From assembly GCF_021028975.2 (NCBI RefSeq), contig NC_059430.1:44206001-44270000 (forward strand): a stretch of DNA of 64,000 nucleotides, in the 5' to 3' direction. The notes beneath the pieces were generated by a model, which saw only the letters and a program-made list of their open reading frames with translations, did no database searches and was not told the DNA's origin. The stretch comes from Sphaerodactylus townsendi. Its lineage: Eukaryota. This document shows positions 49,401 through 57,914 of the stretch, one piece after another (the stretch's first letter is position 1; each line of letters starts with the position of its first letter). The position numbers were made by a program, and so were the translations under genes.

Positions 49401-52375
49401 TATTTTTGACAGCCATTATATTTGCCAGAAGGGTCTCAGAGCTCGGGGCCCCTCTCAGTCAAACCAGGACTCTACACCTTCCGTAAGGACAAGATTAAAC
49501 TATGAACAGGCTCAACTTTTAGACCTAAGGTCAATTCAACCTTTCACAAGTAACAAGAGATATATCTACTGTCCTTTTGTCCCAATCCAACCCATCAAAA
49601 AGAAATAATGTGGCACAAACTGGATGTACAGAGAACCCTAAAAGCGTTTGGACTCTCTTTTAATTTCCCTATCCCCTCCAAACAAGGGAGGAAAGATATC
49701 AACTTCAGCCATCAGCACGTGTATTAAAGGCTGCATCACAGAGTGTTAGAAGCTGCAAGGCTTTCACCCCCACAAGGTATTATGGCATACTCCACAAGGT
49801 GAGGCAACTTCCAATGCAGCCTTTTCCAAGCATGTTTCCATTGAAAAAATATGCAAGGCCAAAACGTGGTTTTCACTGGCTAAGTTTTCCAAGCATTACA
49901 AAGTTAATATCCACAGCTCTACAGGTGCTGCCTTTAGAAGAAGAGTCCTCCAGCATGTAATGGACACAGAGGACAATGACCCTCCCGGAAGATGAGGGCA
50001 CTGCTTGTCCCAATCAAGATGTTCTCTGCCTCAGTGGGAGAATGTCCTCTTGCCTACTTACTGTGAAGGGGCCTTCTCCTCTGAGAAAAGGAGGACATCT
50101 TGCGCCTTCCCAACATCATCATCCTGTTCCTTACCTGTTCCTTTTCCTGCATGCTACATTAGACTGTCTTCCTGTCGTTATACAATTTTGTCTTCTTACT
50201 AGCAGGAACTACAATTTGTTCTGCCTTTCTGGTTATCACTATTAAAGTGCTTCATCTTTCTTCTTTTTCACTATTTTAGTAGAGTTAAGGAATGTTCATT
50301 AACTGCTAGAGGAATCACCAGAACTGAGGGGAAGGGTGACTCCCACTGGAGACAGGAAGAAGAAAAAATGTTTCTATCTCCCTGACTGGATGGTGGGAAT
50401 CACCCAATCAAGAGGTCTCCTTTCCTCAGAGGAAAGGGCCTCTTCATGGTAAGTAGCCAAGACTCCAATCTGAAAGACTGTTCTGATGCAGAAGGTTCAC
50501 CAATACACATATATTCCTATCCCAAAGAAATATTTGAGGACTAAAAGCAGCTGAAGCTAAGTCTTGGTGACATGTTCCTAATGAACTCCAGAACTCTTGT
50601 TTATCTTTGGACCAGGTCTCCTAGACAACTCAAAAAGCAACTCTGATGGGAAAGAAAGGCAAGTTAAGGAAAAATCACCTCCCAGAAGTGCCATGTTTGG
50701 AAAAAAAGGAGGAGAAAGCCATGAAGGAGATATCAGATTCAGCAGATTCTGTCATACACAAGATTTTTTACCTCTCTCCTTGCCTTTTGTAGTACAGACA
50801 AAGTACAGACAACCCCCTGAAAAATATCAGAGTGAACCACATTCCAAATGCTTTGGTCGCTACCGGTAAGTGGGGAGAAAAACCTTGTATTCAGTGCAGT
50901 TTCGAGTGCTTCTGCTAAAAGCCTTCTCATGATCCCTAACAATCACTAAATTTAAGAGTAGCAAGAAGTCCTAGGAAAAGAAAATGAAATATGGACTAAG
51001 AGAAACCCTTGCCAGTATTGTTGTAGTAGAGTCTGTGCGGCCCAGTTTGTTTTCCTCAAACAAGCTTCGTGTACCCATGTATAAGAAATCCTTTAAAGCC
51101 AAGATACTGTGGCTCTTGATGTTTGCATTATGGCTGTTTAAAGCAGAGATGCTGTGGCTCTTGATGTTTGCGTTATGGTTGTTCCTTAACGTCTCTTTAG
51201 TACTAGCTGTGTGGAGGATATTAGTTCTGTAGTTCCTACCCAACATGTTTGTAATCTGAAACCTGGTATACAAGGAACAGCCGTACTATAGAATCCATGG
51301 AAGAAATCCCAAGTCCGTATGAAGACAGACAACTTGAAGAGCATTTCAAAATAGTCTTTATATATCTGTGGTTTCATGTTCACAAAGCAGTGAGGTATAG
51401 GAACCAGGACCAGATAGGGGGTTTAAAAGGTTAAAAATAGGCTGTAGGGTATCAGTTTTGCTTAGAAAGATCAAGAGGCTCTGCTAAAGAAGTGATTTTA
51501 CGATTATTATAAAGGTGATGTTAGCAGAAGCTAGATGAACTGACTAAACAAGGGAGAGATGGCAGGGAGCAATGTCCAGAAGGAAATGGTTAATGTTATA
51601 ATATTTAGCATCTGTATAGTGCTTTAGAGTAAGCTATGTATGAAGTTACCTCAAACAAACCTTAAAAAGCATTTTGTGACACCTTGAACACTAAGTACCA
51701 TCCTAAGCAGAATTAACGGACTTGAAAGGGTGTCACTCTGCTTTAGAGTGGCATTGTAAAAGATTTATTAAGTGCAAGTTTTCATGGACTCAGCCTGTTT
51801 CATCAGCTATATTGAAGTATGTTAAGGTGTCACAAGATTCTTAGCCTGTTTGGGAAATTTGCTGCAAAAGGATAACACAGCAACATCTCTGGAATTAAAC
51901 ACAGGCAAGGCTCTTAGTAGAAACATTCTAAGTATTTGCATGGGCATTCCCTGAAGCTTAGGAAGGGGATGATTTAAATTATTTTGTATTGTGCAATTTG
52001 AAATTACCCAAACAATGGCTGGATTAGTACATACACACACACTGCGTGGTCAGGATAATAATCCTTTTACAGGGTGGGGATTTGTCCCTTGCGAGACAGT
52101 GATTAACTTACTCTGTTTATCTGTGCAGACCACGTCTGGCTACCTTGTCAACTACAAAGGAAGCTAGCAAGACAATCTTACTGAAGCACTGTGAAGATGG
52201 TGAAACATCCCATTCGACATCTTTACTAAACACCAGACAAAAAATTCCCCGACAAACCCTTTTGTGCCACAGTGAAAGCAAGTTTTTTTCTAAGAGAATC
52301 AAGAGTGAGTGCCTGAATCAGAGGTCCCCAACACAAGACCTTTCATCCACTGAGCGGATTTCCTTTCATGCTTAG
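8190..52375 (+). CDS. AGBL3: AGBL3 / cytosolic carboxypeptidase 3 (CCP3), spliced CDS span; 23 predicted coding exons, about 1082 aa
   Basis: Hand-assembled GT-AG exons give one continuous frame (3249 nt, divisible by 3). The protein has the CCP motif FESGNL and the M14 motifs HPGE, NPDG, DLNR, DLHGH and the catalytic Glu in YTLE. The N-terminus ([10 protein letters not shown]...[15 protein letters not shown]) matches mammalian AGBL3 as I recall it, and the neighbouring gene is TMEM140. Confidence 0.95.
9542..10423 (+). mobile_element. L2-clade LINE 3' fragment with (AATA)n tail
   Basis: [33 protein letters not shown] motifs; tail 10351-10423. Confidence 0.88.
10510..11160 (-). mobile_element. 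RTE/BovB 3' fragment split by a MITE (about 10690-11060)
   Basis: WIDSIKE...[22 protein letters not shown] on the minus strand; BovB-like sequence resumes after ggccccttccgca...tgcagaaagggtc. Confidence 0.7.
11633..11762. mobile_element. Palindromic hAT (Charlie-like) MITE
   Basis: Hairpin ending ggttcgccaccactg; same family at 1-13 and 58385-58462. Confidence 0.75.
12401..12461 (+). CDS. AGBL3: AGBL3 coding exon 2 ([20 protein letters not shown])
   Basis: Long pyrimidine tract then tttcag acceptor, 61 nt, GT donor; resembles mammalian DEDMF...LHRCALLT. Confidence 0.85.
12950..13016. mobile_element. Collapsed remnant of the PLE palindrome family
   Basis: Both outer ends of the 241-505 family with the middle missing. 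Confidence 0.55.
13020..15396 (-). mobile_element. Rex1/Babar-type LINE, 5'-truncated, indel-rich
   Basis: [16 protein letters not shown]...[13 protein letters not shown] and [13 protein letters not shown]; (AGAAT)n tail at 13020-13039. Confidence 0.85.
15583..15765 (+). CDS. AGBL3: AGBL3 coding exon 3 ([35 protein letters not shown]...IEHI)
   Basis: ag/gt boundaries, 183 nt, phase 1-1, strong recognisable homology. Confidence 0.93.
16642..17090. mobile_element. MITE with TIR agccccatccaa / ttggatggggct
   Basis: 12-bp perfect inverted ends. Confidence 0.6.
18094..18494. mobile_element. hAT MITE with 8-bp TSD ttgtactt, nested in an older agggttgcc-type element (~17920-18545)
   Basis: TSD at 18086-18093 and 18495-18502; TIR cagaagcgtagct / agctccgcctctg. 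Confidence 0.85.
20195..20302 (+). CDS. AGBL3: AGBL3 coding exon 4 ([20 protein letters not shown]...VVYLADE)
   Basis: ttttttcag acceptor, 108 nt, GT donor, homology. Confidence 0.93.
21080..21227 (+). CDS. AGBL3: AGBL3 coding exon 5 (...[20 protein letters not shown])
   Basis: 148 nt, phase 1-2, contains the CCP signature FESGNL. Confidence 0.95.
21887..22669 (+). CDS. AGBL3: AGBL3 coding exon 6, large catalytic-domain exon (QWYYF...HCYPYTY...[11 protein letters not shown]...[24 protein letters not shown])
   Basis: 783 nt within ORF 21816-22673; zinc ligands in HPGE, plus NPDG and NR motifs; donor gtaaaa. Confidence 0.98.
23170..23345 (+). mobile_element. 5S-derived SINE with Sauria/BovB-type tail
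   Basis: ggtcagtacttggattggagacc resembles 5S box C; tail gccataagttggctgtgacttgac is also at ~26060. Confidence 0.55.
23466..23631 (+). CDS. AGBL3: AGBL3 coding exon 7 ([27 protein letters not shown]...SKNCPNK)
   Basis: 166 nt, third zinc ligand in DLHGH, donor gtaaga. Confidence 0.97.
25515..25641 (+). CDS. AGBL3: AGBL3 coding exon 8 ([42 protein letters not shown])
   Basis: 127 nt, catalytic Glu in YTLE, donor gtaaag. Confidence 0.96.
25900..26097 (+). mobile_element. Degenerate Sauria-type SINE
   Basis: ggttcaattccc B-box and ggaggcaggcaatggcaaacc...gctgtgacttga tail. Confidence 0.5.
26688..26785 (+). CDS. AGBL3: AGBL3 coding exon 9 ([33 protein letters not shown])
   Basis: 98 nt, homology to [19 protein letters not shown], donor gtaaga. 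Confidence 0.94.
26904..26992 (+). CDS. AGBL3: AGBL3 coding exon 10 ([12 protein letters not shown]...DKDS)
   Basis: 89 nt, CLKELEE homology, ag/gt boundaries. Confidence 0.88.
28576..28624 (+). CDS. AGBL3: AGBL3 coding exon 11 ([16 protein letters not shown])
   Basis: 49 nt, phase 2-0, SDSS-like Ser-rich motif, donor gtatgc. Confidence 0.8.
30024..30122 (+). CDS. AGBL3: AGBL3 coding exon 12 ([16 protein letters not shown]...HELM)
   Basis: 99 nt, KKxLKTKKxR motif typical of CCP2/3. Confidence 0.8.
30741..30822 (-). mobile_element. PLE-derived fragment with a degenerate minimal hammerhead (second family)
   Basis: Minus strand reads CTGACAAA-GGGAA-ctttga-CTCTT-GAAA-GCTT. Confidence 0.5.
32037..32102 (+). 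CDS. AGBL3: AGBL3 putative exon 13 ([22 protein letters not shown])
   Basis: Strong pyrimidine tract and tag acceptor, 66 nt open in phase 0, donor gtaaga; no homology recognised. Confidence 0.6.
32432..32545 (+). CDS. AGBL3: AGBL3 putative exon 14 (AQVFQKLK...TPSANK)
   Basis: Pyrimidine tract and tag acceptor, 114 nt open, donor aag|gtttgg. Confidence 0.45.
33486..33605 (+). CDS. AGBL3: AGBL3 putative exon 15 ([14 protein letters not shown]...KSCYK)
   Basis: ttttttgtag acceptor, 120 nt open in phase 0, donor aag|gtaagc. Confidence 0.6.
34646..34703 (+). CDS. AGBL3: AGBL3 putative exon 16 ([19 protein letters not shown])
   Basis: tttttgcag acceptor, 58 nt, phase 0-1, donor gtgagt. Confidence 0.65.
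34964..35080 (+). mobile_element. tRNA-derived squamate SINE head
   Basis: A-box tggcgtagtggt and B-box-like gatttgattcc. Confidence 0.55.
35150..36600 (-). mobile_element. L2-clade LINE fragment
   Basis: [24 protein letters not shown] and VPQG motifs on the minus strand. Confidence 0.85.
36923..37387. mobile_element. MITE (TIR gccctttcc(a/g)cac) with a long internal hairpin
   Basis: Inverted ends; hairpin 37098-37232; related ends at 10690-11060 and 48298-48437. Confidence 0.65.
37846..37917 (+). CDS. AGBL3: AGBL3 exon 17 ([24 protein letters not shown])
   Basis: 72 nt, donor gtaagt; resembles human PNEPDDYMVDYFRRQLPNQGL. Confidence 0.75.
   Translation: MLFRINQLNTQSSISVIIFLNMG
38968..39027. 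repeat. Minisatellite (gattacagaat)n
   Basis: About five imperfect copies. Confidence 0.8.
39160..39182 (+). CDS. AGBL3: AGBL3 putative microexon A (23 nt; IPPSALAQ)
   Basis: tttctatag acceptor, cag|gtaatg donor, phase 1-0. Confidence 0.4.
39380..41220 (-). mobile_element. DIRS-like tyrosine-recombinase retrotransposon remnant
   Basis: [12 protein letters not shown]...[18 protein letters not shown] (YR C-terminus) on the minus strand; DIRS-type terminal sequence ~39420-39510. Confidence 0.8.
39611..40151 (-). mobile_element. Possible solo LTR inserted into the DIRS remnant
   Basis: TG...CA ends (tgttag...ataaca), minus-strand AATAAA near 39686; no clean TSD. Confidence 0.4.
42303..43105. 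mobile_element. Three-level nest of hAT-type MITEs
   Basis: Inner element 42488-42986 (TSD ccacagag/ccatagag) sits inside 42382-43088 (flanks aattcccc/agttcccc), which sits inside an outer tagggttgcc element. Confidence 0.75.
43895..44045 (-). mobile_element. Squamate SINE 3' portion
   Basis: agaagagttggtttttataccc...caaagtggcttaca...gtggggctgaga. Confidence 0.55.
45170..45200 (+). CDS. AGBL3: AGBL3 putative microexon B (31 nt; [10 protein letters not shown])
   Basis: Long pyrimidine tract and tacag acceptor, donor gtagga, phase 0-1. Confidence 0.4.
45609..45699 (+). CDS. AGBL3: AGBL3 putative exon ([29 protein letters not shown])
   Basis: ttttgtag acceptor; DLHNLK resembles human DLHHNLK; the donor (gttggc) is weak and was inferred from phase. 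Confidence 0.55.
46083..46555. mobile_element. Tigger (Tc1/mariner-pogo) MITE
   Basis: Perfect 23-bp TIR cagtggaacctcggttttcattg, TA TSDs, internal transposase relic [22 protein letters not shown] on the minus strand. Confidence 0.9.
46862..47750 (+). mobile_element. L2-clade LINE 3' fragment
   Basis: [14 protein letters not shown] and [15 protein letters not shown]. Confidence 0.8.
47847..48049 (+). CDS. AGBL3: AGBL3 putative exon ([13 protein letters not shown]...KTTSLPK)
   Basis: tttcag acceptor, 203 nt open in phase 2-1, which bridges the phases of the neighbouring exons. Confidence 0.5.
48790..50468 (+). mobile_element. DIRS-like retrotransposon 3' half (YR ORF relic plus complementary terminal repeats)
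   Basis: [30 protein letters not shown] and [10 protein letters not shown] motifs; 50040-50100 is complementary to 50408-50465. Confidence 0.8.
50616..50865 (+). CDS. AGBL3: AGBL3 exon (GLLDNSKS...[20 protein letters not shown]...GRY)
   Basis: 250 nt, donor cg|gtaagt; resembles human QTQEILQYLLPIVHSTKNMQ. Confidence 0.7.
50960..51390 (-). mobile_element. DIRS-like RT fragment with a ~45-bp internal tandem duplication
   Basis: Minus strand reads GFYS/RLFLV, ETLR and SILALKD (degenerate DIRS RT N-terminus). Confidence 0.45.
52129..52375 (+). CDS. AGBL3: AGBL3 putative last coding exon ([12 protein letters not shown]...RISFHA*)
   Basis: ctgtgcag acceptor in phase 2, open to TAG 52373-52375. 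Confidence 0.55.
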
Positions 52376-55300
52376 AATCTGTGACAATTTCTGGGTACCA
52401 GTTATGGCAAAGCATACAGCCACAAGAATGTATGCTGATGGACTAGCAAAGATCTCTTCAAAGACATATGGGTTTGTAAGTGGTGCTCAGACAATGCAGA
52501 AAAGTGTTTTCAGGGCAGAACAGTTACGCCAGAACAGGCTTGCAACACAGGACAGAAATACACATAGACATCATCTGCGGAGGCTTCTGTGTCAGATAAA
52601 AACAAATATGACTGGATTTCTGCTAATGTTTTATTGTTGGCAAATTTTGTAAGGGAAAAGTCAAATTTTAAATTAAGGTTATGTTGTTTTAACAAAACTG
52701 ATAACTGGAGGGGACAGAATTTGAGAGGTTGGGTTTCTTGGAATAAGATGAGGAAAATCTCTCCTAATAGGTTCTGATCCATTCTGACTCTGAAGGGAGA
52801 ACCACTGTTAAATTCTTGGCTTCTCTTAGGAAAGTCACATAAGTTCTAACTAGACATGACTGGCTTATTTGAGTATAAAGTGAGAGTGAGAATAGTCTGT
52901 GTTTTATGCAGGAAAGAGTGTCCAGTACCCTCACTTTACCCCACCATATTCTACTGCTTGAAGTCTTTCCATCTCAACCCATTTCAGCCCCATCGGTGGA
53001 ACTGAACTGGACCAGGGGGAAAGTTGCTTCTACCAATATAGCACAACAAGGTGAGGTGGAGAGAGGGGGATTGTTCAGTTTACTCTCCCATAAGTTATTT
53101 TCACACAAAAACAAAATAAGCTACACCAACACTTTAAAGATGAACAGAACTCACATGTATCTACTCTTATGATATGTAGTTGGGCCCTTAGACAAATGTA
53201 TAGAATGGATCAAATAAGTTGGTAAAGGTGAAAATCAGAATGTGTGGTTTTTACAAATCTGAAAGACAAGTAAAACAAATACCTTCCGAGATCCAAGTTT
53301 GCCATAAGCTTGGTTGTGCTGTTACATAGCATGTCAGATTATGCTTTCAGACTTCCCCCTGCTGTCTACTTTACAAGGTGTAGGAGAATCCTTCAAGAGA
53401 TCTTCATTTATCAGGTGTCACCAACATAGTGCCCACCAGGTGTTTTTAGGAGTGGATGTGGCCAGATAAGGCTTTTGCTCGACAAGGCTTCTGATTCACT
53501 ATTGAACATTTGATTGGCTATGCAGCTTTTTAAAAATGTTGATTTGGCAGCAGCTGCTACCGCAGCACAAAGATCTATCCTGTATTACTGAAGTTAACCT
53601 GTGGCAATCATTTGGCGGCTGGCTCCACATCATGTGGTTGCCATTTTGTTTCTGTGCCCACCTTGTCAGAATTCCTAATATGCCCATAGGCTCCAATAGG
53701 TTGGGAACCCTGGCATAATACAAGGGCATGCACTTTTTTCCTTGAACCATCATACAATAAATCCATAGGAAATTACGGGAGACCAACAGAAGTCCCTAAC
53801 ATTGTATGATCTTGTAGTCTTTAAAGACTAGCAATTTCTAGCACTTACCGTACATTTATTTATTTTAAGCATTTGTGCCACCCAATTCAGGGCCCTTAAG
53901 ATGGCCAATAGTAAAAAACATTAAAACAGAAATTAAAATGCATATATATAATACAATAAAAACTCTGTTACCAGTTGGACTTTTGTCCCTGAAAGTTTAT
54001 GCTAGACTAAAAACTTGTCAGTTTTTGAGTTTCCACAAGAATCCTGTTTATTTTCACTGCATCAAAATGACACAGCAGTCCTTCTGGGATTGTTGCCTGA
54101 AGACCCCTATTTTGGGTCAATATACTTCCAAGGTAAAGTCCAGTTCTCTCCAGCACCATAGGACACATGGAAAAGGGACCTAGCCTTTCTACAGCACCAT
54201 TTCTCCAACTTTGTATGGCCCAGGGGAGATGCCATTTATTCCCTAGGTGAAACTTAATGTGTAGTCAATCACAGCATGTTCAGTTTCTCCAGTGGATCAA
54301 ATAGCAACTTCCTGTGGCCCTTTCAGGCTGAATAAAGAGCATGGGGGAGAAGGCTCGATCCTCTCTCCACAGGTACTGTGATCCACATCTTAATTGACAC
54401 TAGACACACCTGGGAACTGGGGTCCAAGTATGGAAGTCCCAACTGGGGTCCAAGTGTGGAGGTTCCATCACTCAACCGTTAACTGGACTCAGGGATGTGG
54501 ACCTGGGGAAAGTACAGCATGTAATTTGGTTTTCATCTTGAGGTTTTCTTATGACAATTCTTAAATGAATGCCTGAGGTATATTAGAATATTGGAACATT
54601 TATATTAAAGGACTCCATATCCTGTAACCAAGGACTGCCTCTCACTACTGAGGGTCACGTCCGATTTAGGTATAGTTTCTAACTTCCTGCTGCAATTTGA
54701 TTCCCCCCGCCTTGGAATTACAAAGAAACCCCACCAATGAAATTGTAATGTATACTTTAGTTATCTCACTCTTTTCTGTAGTCAGCTAGCAGTCTGACCA
54801 TCTCCATGACCAAGTTTTTAGAAGTGCTATATATTAAATTTAATTGATTTCTACAGTGAACTATACTATATGTCTGCAACACTCCAATGCCTACCCCACC
54901 AAGATGTATTCTTGCATCTATGAATTCTGCAGGGGAAAACACAGAAACAGACCCAGTTTCCAGAGAGTCCACCATAGAGATCTTCAAGAAAACTGCAGTT
55001 TCAGCCTGTTTTACTAACAGGATCTATCACAGGCTGTTTTACTAACAGGATCTATCACAGGCCATCAGATTAGATATGCATTTGATGTATTCCCAATTTG
55101 ATTATTACATGACCCTTAAGCATATCAGAGTTATAGAAAGGCTTTTGAGCAGTAAGGACATTTGGTTTAAAAGTAAACATTGAGAGGAACTGAAATTCTA
55201 TAAATGGTGCAAAGGGAACACTTACAGAAAAATTCAGGACTACCCTTGTAACATTAGAAAACAAGGAAAATTTCAAATCACAAAAATTTATCAAATACCT

Positions 55301-56289
55301 TTTATTAATATTTTAAAAACAGTGTGCAAGCTTTTGAACTGTCCTGAGCTCATCACATTGGATATCAAAGGGAATAGGTCTCTCAGAACATGATTTTAAG
55401 GGTTCTTCATCAGCATCTTTTATGGTTACCAGTCTCCAGGTAAGGCTTTCAGAGCTCCTGAGCTTATACCTGCTCTCCAGACTAAAGAGACCAGTTTCCC
55501 TTGAGAAGATGGCTGTTTTGGATGGTAGAGTGTCTGCCCGTATGCCCTGCTGAGGCCTCTCCCTTCCTTGGCTCTACCCGCACATCTCCAGGAATTCCCA
55601 AATCCAGAGATGCCAACTAGTATCTTTATTGCCCAACAGCAACAAGCGTTGGCTAAGAATAAAAAAAGAACAGAAGCTATCCAATGGAAACAGATCAACG
55701 TAAGAGCTTCTAAAAAGGTCTCCCTCGTGCTAAACAGAATACAAATGTTCATTTGAGTTCCCTTCTTCCCATTACTCCTGAGGGGTTTCACACAAAGAAG
55801 GCTCTTATATGACTGGTGTTATGGGAGATATCAAGGCATTAATTTGCAGGCTGTATTGTGTGCAAGCGGGTTACCAAATATGTTTTTCTGCATGTTGTTG
55901 AACCCTTCCTACAGCAGATCTGTACTGTGTGGGTTATTTAAAATTAATCTATATTGCTAGAAGCAGCTTAGCAGACAGCCTGCTCTAATACAAGCTGTGC
56001 AGGAGAGTGAAATAAAATGGCAGCTGGGTGCAGCAATCTAATGAACTGGGTGGGATGATCCTGGATCGGCATAAAATGTGACAAATTATTTACTATTCAA
56101 AGATAGATCTTGGAATTGCTGGATAGCTAGAGAGCCTCAGTGTAACCTCCCCACATGACACTGGCCATTCAACAAACCTGGGCAGTAGCACCACATTGTT
56201 GCAGTACCACAGAAGAGTTATTTAATATCTGAGTTTATAGTGAGTGTCTACAAACAGGTTGCCACGCAGAGAGATATCAGGTGGTCTCT

Positions 56290-57250
56290 AGTAGGCAGTG
56301 AGTCATAAAAGCAGCCCTGGGAGCGTACAGAATTCCCTACTCCTCCATGTGTATTTCTGCACATAGACACAAATGTCCGATGACACCATCCATGCGGTGT
56401 TGGAAGAGAGGGCTGCACGAAATTAGCATAGGCAGGAAAACCGAAAACGAAAGGGCAATGCATGGCCGCGCCAGTGCGGCGCGTGATCGGGAGCCACCAC
56501 AGTGCTCAGACAGTAAACAGCGCCTAGAGGAAAAGGCAAATGGTTGGAGAGGTGAGCGGCTTCAATGCTATCGCAAGTAAGTATTTTCACGATTTCCCCT
56601 TGAACTCCTCGCTCTCTTTATAGTGACATAAAATATTTTGATGAATTTGGAACAAGCAGGGTTGGGGCGCACAGAAACTTTCTTTCGTGGCTGTTCAGGG
56701 CTTGCTGGAGTTGGATAGGATGTTTTCAGTGCAGCCGCATGACTGATGGCTCAGCAGTTCTCGGCTCTCCCTCGCCCCATCCCCCTTCTCATCATTGCTC
56801 GCCTTGGATTTGTTCACAACTCTGGTGGGAGACACGTTTTTGATTTATTTGTGCGTTAAGTGAATATTCTGCCTTCCTCCAGTTTGGATGGGCTCGAAGA
56901 CACGATGCCAAGCGCGGTTAGAAACAATAAAGCAGCAGCAAACTTTGTAAAATGGTAAGAAACACAGCAGGTCCAACTATTTTCTCATGCTGTGCGATTT
57001 GCTGAGACGGTTTTTAAAACTTCAGCAGAGGGGCAAAGTGGCGATCCAATCTTGGCATCAGAATAAATGCTACTGGATTCGTTAGGGAGTTCCTGTACGA
57101 AAGATTAAAAACGCCTTGCGGCGGAACGTGCGTTTCCTCTGGAACGGGCTTTGCGAAAAATTTTGTAGGAAGACTGCATGACGTCATAATTAAACAGCCT
57201 CTGCACTGTTTTCCGAAGTGTTCAACGTCAGGCCACGGATCGAATCTAAG
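56290..57250 (+). promoter_or_regulatory. CpG-enriched putative TMEM140 promoter / exon 1, with AP-1 (TGAGTCA 56299-56305), ISRE-like (56436-56452) and CRE (TGACGTCA 57179-57186) motifs
   Basis: CpG enrichment, candidate donors gag|gtgagc (56552) and caa|gtaagt (56577); the TMEM140 coding exon needs an upstream exon. Confidence 0.6.
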
Positions 57251-57276
57251 TTCACACTACTTTGGAATGGTCAGAG

Positions 57277-57323
57277 GTGTGTGTGTGTGTGTGTGTGTGT
57301 GTTTTATATATATATATATATAT
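57277..57323. repeat. (GT)n(TA)n microsatellite
   Basis: Seen directly. Confidence 0.95.
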
Positions 57324-57914
57324 AATCTGCTTTTTCTTTCTGGCTTTCAGATTCCACAGTGTCAAACGTTGTTTATGTATTTCAAATGTTTGGGAGATTT
57401 TTTTTAATAGATTCCACCCCCCTCCCTTTGGAATTATGTGATGAGGACCAGATTGGCTGGTGTGTGTATTCGAGTGTCCCTGAATTATGTTTTTAAGTCA
57501 TGTGGTTATGAGGTGCACATAAACCTACTCTGATGCACATAAAAGAAAGAAGAAAGTAAAACTTCCTTTAGTAAAGCACCCATAGAGTGGATGTGGCTAA
57601 CTACATCCTGTTTAAAACTTCCCATCTCACCTGCAGATAATAGTATTTATTACAGTGAGTGTAAAATATTCTGCAATAAATAGGATGCATATATGCTTTA
57701 AAGCTGGAAGTGTTTTCCAGTATTGTAATCGTTTCACAAAAAGGAAAGGGACAATGTTTTTTTAGAAGCGTTTATAAGGATTGGTAAACCAGTAACAACT
57801 ATTATGCTATTAGGATGGACTTTTTAAATTGCAGTTCTGTGTTTTCAGTTCTGTCAGGCTTAACTTGATCTCCAAATATACTGCTAGATTTACTGTATGA
57901 GTATATCTAAACAA

